Of a DNA stretch of 64,000 bases, positions 1 through 10,500 are shown piece by piece. The notes beneath the pieces were generated by a model that did not search any database, was not told where the DNA came from, and worked only from the letters and a program-made list of their open reading frames with translations. How positions within the stretch are numbered: position 1 is the stretch's first letter; each line of letters opens with the position of its first letter. Source of the stretch: Polyangiales bacterium (GTDB taxonomy: Bacteria; Myxococcota_A; Polyangia; Polyangiales; Houyiibacteriaceae); the NCBI GenBank assembly GCA_045106895.1, contig JBGCFM010000172.1, forward strand, positions 7,653-71,652, written 5' to 3'. A program made the translations under genes and the position numbers.

Positions 1-1
1 C

Positions 2-616
2 GCGGTGTTCATCTCTGCGTCGGAGACCCACAACCTCAAGAACGTGAACAAGACCATCGCCACCACTCTGAGCGCCTTCGAAGGCGTGATCGGCCCAGCG
101 CTGGCAGCGAACAAACGTGTGCGCGCGTACGTCTCCACGGTTTGGGGCTGCCCTTACGAAGGGGACGTGGACGTGAACGCGGCCGCGGATCTCGCCGTCG
201 AGCTTATCGATCGCGGCTGCTACCAAGTGAGCCTAGGCGACACCATTGGCGTGGGAACTCCCGTTCAGACGAAGCGTATCCTCGACGTGATGTTGTCCAG
301 GCTTCCCGCCGAGAAGCTGGCGCTTCACCTTCATGACACCCGCGGAACGGCTCTCGCCAATCTCTTGGTGGGCGTGGAGAGTGGGATCCGGGACTTCGAC
401 GCCTCCGTGGGCGGACTCGGAGGCTGTCCCTACGCGCCAGGCGCAGCGGGTAACCTCGCAACCGAAGACCTGGTGTACACGCTCGCCGGAATGGGCATCG
501 ACGCGGGCGTCGACATGGAGAAGGTTTGGCACGCTGGCCAGGTTGCCGAGGCGATTTGCGGACGCTCCTTGCCGGGCAAGGTTCATCAAGCGGGCGTTCG
601 GGCCCTCGCAAACTGA
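2..616 (+). CDS. hydroxymethylglutaryl-CoA lyase (HMGL-like family), 5' end cut by window edge
   Basis: ORF is open to the window start. C-terminal half of the HMGL TIM barrel: 'LHLHDTRGTALANLLVG', 'GGLGGCPYAPGAAGNLATEDLVY'. Confidence 0.85.
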   Translation, partial: AVFISASETHNLKNVNKTIATTLSAFEGVIGPALAANKRVRAYVSTVWGCPYEGDVDVNAAADLAVELIDRGCYQVSLGDTIGVGTPVQTKRILDVMLSRLPAEKLALHLHDTRGTALANLLVGVESGIRDFDASVGGLGGCPYAPGAAGNLATEDLVYTLAGMGIDAGVDMEKVWHAGQVAEAICGRSLPGKVHQAGVRALAN

Positions 617-632
617 GGTCTGGGTCGGCGGA

Positions 633-1469
633 TCAGTTCAGCAAGAAGATCAAGCCGGCCCACGTCATGGTGGCGTAAGTCATCAGCCCGATGCCCAAGT
701 GGATGGTGCTGAGTGCCTGAAGCGTTCCGTAGTTGTTTGCGCGGTCCATGCCAAAAGACTCGGCGTTTGCGATGACGATGCCGAGGGCCATCTGCGCGAC
801 CATGCCGGCGAAGTGAACCCAACGAAGGCGTTTGTGTCGACGCAGGTTGCGCGCGTATTCGCCATCCCCGTTGTCGAGACCGATGGGGTCCGGCATCCGC
901 AAGGAGAGGGTGAAGGTCGAAGTGTAGAGGGCGGCCGTGAGAATGGATGTCGCCAAATGGGGCCAAGGCGTGTCGACACACGCGGCTTGCCCGAAGGCTG
1001 GACTTCCGCTCACACAAGGCGTGTCCGCCGCGGAGCTAAAGAAACCATACAGGTTGTTGTACTGAAGCCACCCAAGCGCGACGGTCACAGTCATCGACGC
1101 CCAGGTCGCGATACCCATCCATTTATGGAGAGGGGTGAGTCGCGCGCGGGTCTGCATCCGCTCGGCGACGCTCCCTGCCTCCGGGACGCTGGGGCTTGAC
1201 CCCTCGGCTTCGTCGGGGGTGGTTTCTTCGGGGTCCGGGTCCGCCGCCTGCATCGCGAGCTGAACGGCAGCTCCGTGCGACATTGGAGTTTGCGGCATGT
1301 ACCCCGGATCCAGGGAAAGCTGGAAACCGAAAATGGGTGTGGCGATGAGGAGCGCGGCGAGAGTGCCCATGGCGGGAGTATATGCTGAACTTGGCTGAGA
1401 TTTGCATACGTTTTGCACCTGATTTGGGTCTTGATTGAAGACGGCCCCCCCGCTTACCATCAGCGGCAT
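633..1469 (-). CDS. hypothetical integral membrane protein
   Basis: Several hydrophobic helices ('GIATWASMTVTVALGWL', 'WVHFAGMVAQMALGIVIA', 'LGIGLMTYATMTWAGLIFLL'). No recognised catalytic motif. Start uncertain (alternative Met at 1370). Confidence 0.5.
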   Translation of the reverse strand: MPLMVSGGAVFNQDPNQVQNVCKSQPSSAYTPAMGTLAALLIATPIFGFQLSLDPGYMPQTPMSHGAAVQLAMQAADPDPEETTPDEAEGSSPSVPEAGSVAERMQTRARLTPLHKWMGIATWASMTVTVALGWLQYNNLYGFFSSAADTPCVSGSPAFGQAACVDTPWPHLATSILTAALYTSTFTLSLRMPDPIGLDNGDGEYARNLRRHKRLRWVHFAGMVAQMALGIVIANAESFGMDRANNYGTLQALSTIHLGIGLMTYATMTWAGLIFLLN

Positions 1470-1558
1470 TCCGCTTGAGTGATTTACTCACGGAAATCTC
1501 TGCGTTTTTGAAGTTTTGGCCGCCGTGAGTCTCACGTCGGCAAGCAACGAGTAAGGGG

Positions 1559-4500
1559 ATGCGACACGCGCAAAACCACGCTCGGTTGAATGGAGCACCG
1601 CACTCGATGGCGTCGCTAACAGTCTCGAATTACCTGGGCATGCTCCAGGAAGATCCGGATGATGATGAGTCCTTTGAAGGGCTTGCGGAGGCGCTTTCGA
1701 GCGGCGACGCGGAACGAATGGGTGAAAGCCCACTTCGTTTGATGGAGGCGGCGAGAGCGCGTCACGAGAGGCACGGTGAGCTACGCGCCGTCGCCCGGCT
1801 CATCGCACTCGAAGCCACCATCACCGAGGACGATCCGAAGTTCCGTGCGACCTTGTTGAAAGAGGTTGGACGCCTTCGTCGCGAAGAGCTCCTCGACGAC
1901 GCCGGGGCCGCCGAAGCGTACCGGCAAGCGCTCGTCGCTGTGCCCGGTGACGAGGACGCGGAAGTCGCCCTCGAAGAGATCGAGCAGGCCGCGTCGAAGT
2001 GGCGGGAGATCGCAGACCGCTTCATCGAAGAAGCGGACGACGCGAGCGACTCGGAGCTGAAAGCGTCGATGCTCGCGAAAGCGGCGACGCTTATTTGGCA
2101 GTACCAGAAGAAGGGCAAGGTCAGCGAAGTCGACCGCCTCTTTAAGCAGGCGCTGAAGGCAGACCCTGCCAGCACACGAGCGGCGAGGCTCTTCGCGCAG
2201 GCGCTCCGTAGCCGAAACAAGTGGAAGGACATGGCGAACGTCCTTCGAAAGACCGCAAACGCCGCTCGCGTCCGCGAGGAGAAGCTCAACCTCTTCCTTG
2301 CAGCCGCGCGTACGTACGCTCGCAAGGTCGAAGACAACGACAAGGCCGCCGCTTGCTATGAGCGCGTGCTCGACTTTACGCCGGGGCATGAAGAAGCGCT
2401 TCATTACCTCGTCGAGTTCTTCACGGAACGCGAAGACTGGGATCGTCTGGTCTCGTTGTACGAAGACGCGTTGCGTTCGCGCCAGAAGCTCGAGAGCGAA
2501 CAGGGAATCCTGTTGCAGATCGGGATGGTGCATTGGCGCATCCGTGAAGCCCCAGCGGATGCCGAACCTTACTTCGCGCGGCTGCGAAAGATCGACCCGG
2601 CGCACGAAGGGATGCTCACGTTTTACCGCGACTACCTCGGCGAGCTCACAAAGGGCGATGGGGAAGAGGCGGAAGAGGCGCGCACACGTCTGGTGACAGT
2701 GCTTGGCGACGCGCAGCGTGTGGTGAAGGGCGATGACGCGAAGCTCGCGATCAGCATTGAACATGCACGGATTGCCCAAGAGACGGGCGCGACGGAACGC
2801 GCGATCGATGCGTGGAAAGCTGTCCAGCGGCTCGACGGAGCCAACGAGGAAGCCGGCGAAGCCCTACGCTCTCTCTATCGCCGCGGCGAAAAGTGGAACG
2901 CCCTCGTGGAGGTCATGCGGGCCGAACTCGATGCGCTGCCCGTCAACTCCGACGACGAGAACACCAAGGTTCGGCGGATTGAGTTGCTGCGCGAACTCGT
3001 CGAAATTTACCGCGACCGGCTGAAGCTCGACGTGATGGTGACCGGTACGCTGGCGACGCTTCTTGAGGAAGACCCGCACGACCACGAAGCCCTGGACCAG
3101 CTTGCATCGACCTACGAGTCGATGGGCCGTTGGAACGATCTGATCCCTGTTCTCGTTCGTCAGAGCGAAGCCACCGATGACCCGGTCCAAAAGGTCGAGC
3201 GCTTGATGCGGACAGCGCGACTCTGGATCGACCGTTTCGCAAACTACAACCAAGCGACAGCGCCGCTGGAGCAGGTTATCGAGATCGAGCCCGAGAACCG
3301 CGATGCGCTCTCGGAGCTGAAAACGATCTACACGAAGAAGCGCGCTTGGCAGTCGCTCTTCACGGTTCTTGAGAAGGAGTCGCTCCTCGCTTCCGATCCC
3401 AGCGCGCGCCTGACCATGAAAGTGGAGCTGGCGACGCTCGCCGGGGACAGACTGCATCACCACGCGGACGCGATCCGCCTCTGGCGCGAGGTTGTCGCTG
3501 AGGATCCCGCTACCGAAGGAGCGCTGGAGTCTCTTCTCAAGCTCACTGAGCGCGAGAAGGACTGGGCAGCCCACGCCGACGCGCTGGAACACGCGCAGGG
3601 TCTCGAAGAAGACGAGAAGAAGCGCATCAAACTCCTGCAGCGTCTCGGCGTGACCTGCGGCGAGCATTTGAAGGACCCCGCGAGAGCGTCGGCGGCCTGG
3701 CAACGCGTGCTTGAACTTGACCCCAAAAACGGGAAGGCCACGCGTACCTTGCGCGAGTCTTTCGTGGAGGGTCGTGACTGGGAGGGTCTCGAAGGCCTCT
3801 ATGCAGAAACCGAAGACTGGGACGGCCTCGTGGACGTCCTCGGAAATGCTGCCGAACGCACCGAGGACGAGCAGCTCAAGGTCGAACTGAGCTTCCGTGC
3901 CGCGGCGGTCTATGAGGACCGAATTGGAAACCCGGAGCGCGCTTTCCGCACATATGAGCGTGTTCTTTCCGTCGAACCAAAGAACAAGCGCGCCGCTGAG
4001 AAATTGATCCCGATCTACGAGACGCAGGAGAAATGGCCGCGGCTCTTGGCCCTTCACGAAGTTCTTCTCGACACCATCGAAGAAGAGGATGTGGAGGCAC
4101 GGTTGGGTGCGCTCGATAGCCTGCGCTCCTTGGCTGCAACGAAGACGCGTGATGAGCACGCAGCGTTCCGTTTTGCGTCGGAAGCTTATCGTTTGGCCCC
4201 AGAACGCGACGAAGTTCGCAAGAACGTCGAGGCGGCGGCGGAGTCGGCGGGCTCCCACGCTCGCTTGGCGGAGCTATACGAAGCGCGCATCGGCTCCGAG
4301 GATATCGAAGAGGACGAAAAGAAGGCACTTCGCCGACGTCTCGCATCGCTCTCTGGAACGGAGCTGGGCAAGCGCGACGAAGCCATCCTTCAGCTCGAGC
4401 GGATCCTCGAAAGCGACCCTCGCGACGGGGAAGCCATCGAGGCTCTCGATGATCTTTATCGTCAGGAATCGCGCACCGATGACCTGCGAAGGCTCTTTTT

Positions 4501-7500
4501 GCATCGCCTTGAGCACGCAGAGGACGACGGCACTCGGTACACGGTGCTTTCCGAGCTCGCTCCCCTCGAAGAAGATGTGCTGGGCGACGCCGAGTCGGCT
4601 GCCGAGCGTTATCGGGCCATTCTTGCCATCGAACCTTCCGACGATAGCGCGCTGCGTTCCCTCGACCGTTTGGCCACTGCGGCAGAAAATTGGAATGAGG
4701 TAGCGACAACCCTCGAGCGGCGAAGCGAGATCAGTTCCGGCGACGAAGAGCGCGAGCTTACGCTGCGGCTGGCAGACTTGCGCCGACAGAAGCTGGATGA
4801 TGCGCAGGGTGCTCTGGACGCATACTCAACGGTCCTTGGCAGTGACGAGAACAACGCGCAGGCAATCGCTGGCGTGGAGTCTCTTGCGGAAAACGAAGAG
4901 GTTCGCGCGGAAGCCGGAAGGCTCCTCGAATACGCGTACGAGAGCAGCGGCGAGCACGAAAAGCTCATGGGTGTTCTTCGCACACGTTTGTCCGCCACAG
5001 AGGAGCCCGGGGAGCGTCGATCTCTTCGGCTTCGACTCGCGGAGCTCGCCGGCGCCCTTGGCGACGTCGAAGGTGCGTTTACGGCCCTCGAGGACGCGTT
5101 TCTCGCGACCCCCAACGATATCGAGCTCTGGGAACGTCTCTCGGATACGGCCGAGGCTTCGGGCAACCATGAGCGGCTAGCTACGGCTTTCTCCACCGCC
5201 ATTGAGCACGGAGACTTGTCGGATGCAGAAGTGACGGATCTCTCCGTCCGCGTCGCTGAGATCTACGACGTTATTCTTGGTCGCCCGGCTGACGCTGAAG
5301 TTCACCATCAGCGTGTCCTCATCGACCAGCCGAACCACGAACGTGCGTTCTTGGCGCTGAAAGAGTTCTACACAGAGCGAGAGCGTTGGGACGAACTCCA
5401 GGCCCTTTACCGCTCCCGCATCGTGGAGACCGTTGACGCCGAGCTGCGCTTGGAGTTGCTACTTCAGGTGTGCTTCCTCTTTGAGGAGATCCTCGACGAC
5501 GCCGAGCAGGCGATTCGTTCCTACCAAGAAGTCTTGGAACTGGAACCTGGTCATGTCCCGAGCCGACGCTCCCTTGACCGGCTCTACCGTCGGACCGAGC
5601 GATACCGTGACCTGTCGGCATTGCTCCGTCAGGAGCACGACCGCGCCGACGAGGAGCCGCAGCGCATCGCGATCCTCTTCGAGATCGGCGAGATTCACGA
5701 ACTCAAGCTGGGAGAGCCAGGAACCGCCGTCGATGAGTACGAGCGAGTCCTGGAGCTTAGCCCGACACACATCAAGGCACAGAACGCACTCGAACGCCTG
5801 CTCTCCAGTGAGGAGCAGCGTCTGCGAATTGCGCTTCTCCTCGAGCCACTCTACGAGTCTCAGGGAGCCTGGTCAGAGCTCGCCACAGTTCTTCGTGTTC
5901 AGCTCGAAGACGTCAACGACGCCGGCGGCCGTTTAGCGCTCCTCATGCGAATCGCTGAGCTGACCGAGACGAAACTTCACGACCCGCAGAAGGCCTTCGA
6001 GACCCTTGCCGACGCAGTTCTTTCGGACCCCGCGGACACCCACGCACGAAACGAGTTCGCGCGACTTTGTTCCGTGGTGGACGGTGGGCCCCGCCGCGCC
6101 GAAGTTCTTGAGAAGGCCGCCGCAGGAGCGGAAGGCACGGGCTACGTCCAGGCCGAGATCTATCTGGAGCTCGGAGCTACCTACGACGAGATTCCTAACG
6201 ACGAGAAGGCTCAGCACACGTACGAGCGTCTCATCGAACTGGACGGACAGAACCCCGACTCAGTACTGCCCGCGGCAAGAGCCCTCGAACGCATTCACCT
6301 CGCAGCGAACAACACGGAGAAGCTGGCGGACGCGTACCGACAGCAGATTCGCTTTGGTCTCGACGAAGACCAACGCGGCCAGCTTCTTGAGAAGCTCGGC
6401 GCACTCCTCGAGCAAAATGGCGACCTCGACGGTGCCGTCAACGCCTACCGTCAGCGTCTTGATTTCGACCCGGGCGACTTGGAAGCTCTCAGCGCCCTCG
6501 AGCGCCTCTACACCAACCAAGAAGATTGGCCAAAGCTCATCGAGACGCTGCGTAGTCGTGACACCTCCGTCGACGACGAGGTGGAACAACGCGAGCTTTC
6601 TGTTCGTATTGGTGCGGTGTATCAGGAGCGATTGAACGACCCTGAAAACGCGATCGCCGCATACAACGACGCGCTTCTTCGTTTCGGACAAGACGAGCAT
6701 GTGCTTTCGTCACTAGCCGCCCTCTACGGCGGCCAGGAGAGTTGGCAGGACCTTCTCGAGGTCCGTGAGCAACAGTTCGAAGCTGCCGCAGATGCGGAGC
6801 AGGGCGCGGGCCTCCAGTTCGAGATGGCGGAGCTTATGCGTCTCCGGACCGGCGAAGAAGAACGCTCCATCGAACTCTACTCACAGGTTCTGCGTGTCCT
6901 TCCGGGCCACGAAGGGACCGTCGAGGCGCTGGACCAACTCGTTCAACACGACGAACGTCACGTGGGCATCGAAGCGGCGCGCGCGTTGGTGCCGCATTAC
7001 GAAGTCGCAGGAAACCACGGTAAGCTCATCGGGGTTCTTCAAGTTGTCGCCGACGGTGATGATCCGGAGGAGCGCCTCCGCAGCCTTCGGCGGGCTGCAG
7101 AAGTCGCAGACGTCGGACACGACAATCCGGCCCAAGCTTTCGAGCTTATGTCGCGAGCGGTTCGTGCCGGAACGGCTGAAGAAGGCTTCGAATCGATGCT
7201 CTCCGATGTGGAGCGCTTCGCCGTCGCGGCGGAGAAACACGAAGAGCACGTACAGCTTCTTGAAGAGGTCGCGCCGGAGATTCTCGACGCCGACCTGCAG
7301 ACCAGCGTCTATATGCGTGCTGCGTCTGTTGCTCGAGAACGGCTCAACGACAGCGCTCGGGCCCGCACTTTCTATCAGAGTGTTCTTGAGAACCGCCCCG
7401 ACGATGTTCGAGCGCTCGACGCACTCTTGGAACTGCAGGCTTCCGACGGCGACCACGCCGCGCTTCGCGTCACTCTCCGTCGAAAGATTGAACTGGAAGA

Positions 7501-10500
7501 GGATGTGGCGCAGCGCATCGTTCTGCTGGAGCGCCTCGCCAAGTTGCTCGAAGATGAGCTGGAGGACGTTCCGGCGGCCATCGATGCGCTTGAAGAGCTT
7601 CTCCTCGAAGACGATCAGCGTGTTGCCACTTACGAAGCGCAAGAAGCGCTGTTGACGAAGGCGGAGCGCTGGGATGACCTTGCCCAGCTCTATGAGCGTT
7701 GGCTGGATGTCGGCGTCGGCAACCCGGTTGAACTCCGACACAAGCTCGGAAGCGTCGCAGCGAAACACCTGGACGACCCGTACCGGGCCATCGACCAGTG
7801 GCGAGAAGCCTTGGCCATGGACGGCAACCATGAGCCGAGCATCAGCGCTGTTGAGCAGCTGATGATCACCGATGAGTTCCGCGGTGCTGCTGCGGAACTT
7901 CTTGAGCCTGTGTTCTTGGCGCGAATGGAATGGCCGCGTGTTGTGAGCGCGCTTGAGGCGCGTCTGACGGTCACGGACGACATGGAAGGCCGCAAGGAGA
8001 TTCATCGTCGCCTTGGACAGATCCACGAGGACTACCTTGAGGATCTCGAGGGCGCGCTGGAGCGATACGCTGCGCTCTTCCGCGAAGAACCGCGTGACCA
8101 AGATGCGTGGGATACCCTTGGTAGGCTTGGCCGCGTCCTTGAGATGTGGGAGCGCCTGGCGGATATTTACCGTGGACCCATCGATGAGTTTGGGGTCGGC
8201 GACGACGACTTTGCGCGACTGGCCAAGACGGCTGCGCGTTTGTACGACGAGCGAGTTGGGAACCTCGAACAGACGGCGTCGCTCTACGAAAAGGTTCTCG
8301 ATTTCGACGAGACTGACCGTGAGGCCTTCGACGCGTTGCGCAGCGCCTACACACGCGCGGAGCGCACGGAAGACCTGCTGAAGCTCTTGCGTCGACGCGT
8401 CGACGTCGCGGACAGCGACGACGAGCGACTCGAGTTGCTTCACAATATTGCAGAACTCCATCAAGCAGCCGGAAACACAAGCGCCGCCATCGACGTGCAT
8501 CAAGAGGCTGTTCAGCACATGCCGAGCGATGCTCGATCCGTCGAAGCGCTCGACACACTGCTCACGGAGAGTGAGCGCTTCGTCGACCTTGCGGACCATC
8601 TTCGCTTCCGCGTTGACGCTGCTGAGGGTACAGCTCGCTCGGATCTGGAGTTGCGTCTTGGTCGCCTGACCAACGACAAGCTCGAGGATGTGCGCGGCGC
8701 CGTCGATGTGTACGAAGAGACCATCCTTCGTGATCCAGGACACGTTGGGACCATCACGGCTCTCGAGGAGCTCGTAGTCAACGAAGAGCACCAAGGGCGC
8801 ATTACGGAGTTGCTTGAGCCCATCTACCGCAACGCGGACGAATGGAAAAAGCTCGTTGCCATCTTGGAGGCGCGCGCGATGCATGCGCACCGCAGCGACC
8901 AGGTGCCCCTCTTCGCCGAGATCGGCAAGATGCATGAAGAGCGTGGCAACGACAGCGCGCTCGCATTCCACGCCTGGTCGAGGGCATTCGCCGCCGACGC
9001 TGCGGATGAGACCGTTCGTGGCGAGGTGGACAGGCTCGCCAACGCCTTGGGCGCTTGGGATGAGCATGTCGCTTCGTACGAGGTAGCGATTCGCGAATGC
9101 GACGACCCGGATATCCAGAGCCAGCTCTTGATGACCGTGGCGCAGACTCACGATGCACGCCGCGGCGATCCACGCGCGGCCATCGAAACGTACGAACGCC
9201 TGGCTGCTCACGATGAGGCGGACCTTGCGGCCCTCGACGCCCTCGAAGGACTCCACACTATGGTGGGCGACTGGCGTGGTCTCGTCGACGTACTCACCCG
9301 TAAGGTCGCTCGACGCTTCGACCCCATCGAACGTGCGGAGCTCCTGCGCCGAAGCGCCTCCGTTCTTGAAGAGCTCCTCGGAGACCCAGGCGCAGCGATC
9401 AAGGAATACGAGAAGGCTCTGGAAGAAGATCCAGAGGACGTGATCGCGCTTGAGTCATTGGACCGCCTGCTCGGTGCCGCGTCACGTTCGGATGAACTTG
9501 CCGTCATCTTGCGACGCCGGTCGGAGATTGAGACAGACGAAGAGGTTCGCGTCGAGGTTGGACTTCGTCTCGGCCAGCTGACCGAGACCCAGCTCAACCA
9601 ACCCAACGACGCTATCGATGCGTTCACACGGGTCCTTGAACTTTCGCCGACGCAGCCCATCGCCATCGAGAGCCTTGGTCGGCTTTACGAGCGCCAGGCA
9701 ATGTGGCCTGAGCTGCTGGACAACCTTCAGGTGCGAGCGTCCACCGCGCAAGCTTCAGACGTACGTCTCTCGCATGTCCATCGTGCCGGGGAGGTCTACG
9801 AACGGGAGCTCGACGATGTGCATGAAGCGATCATGCAGTACCAACAGGCACTGGAACTCGATGCACGTCACGAGCCTTCCCTCGCTGCGCTGATTCGAAT
9901 CAGTCGACTCGAAGACTACCGTCACCAGGCGTCCGAGATTCTTGAGCCCCTGTTGCACGTTCAAGAGCGCTGGGATGACCTCGCCGAGCTGTACAGAACT
10001 CGCGCCGAGGGCGCGAGCGACTCCTTCGACCGAAAGGCGGACTACATTCGTCTGGCGGAAGTCGAGGAGAACGGGCGCCGCGATTTGGTCGCGTCATTTA
10101 GCGCGACGGCGGCGGCATTCGGAGAAGACCCGAACGACGAAGAGACGGCTTCGCGTCTCGAGCGTCTTGCCGGCGAGACCGGCGCATACGACAAACTCGT
10201 CGAAGAGTTTGGAACCCGAGCCGCTTCGGTCATGGACCCAGAAGTGGCGCGAAACCTCTACTGGCGCGTGGCGCGAATTGCAGAGAACCAGCTCTCTGAT
10301 GACGAGCGGGCTATCGGCGCGTACCAGCATGCGCTGGAGCAGGCCGGTGATGACCGGGAAGCCTTGGAAGCACTCGACCGACTCTTCGTGAAGGGCGAAC
10401 GGTGGTCGAGCCTCGGTGAAGTCGTAGAGCGCCGCATCACGCTCTGCGATGACCCGACAGCCCGAGCAGACCTCCTCATTCGCCTTGGCGAACTGCGGGA

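Noticed and set aside
6881-9256. A 791-aa minus-strand ORF, plus many other 60-460-aa ORFs on both strands between 1.7 and 13 kb (e.g. 2864-4258, 10892-12019, 1781-2779).
   Set aside because: All lie inside or antisense to the 3,757-aa TPR ORF. Their translations are Arg/Ser/Gly/Pro-biased low complexity without motifs. They are typical shadow ORFs of GC-rich coding DNA.
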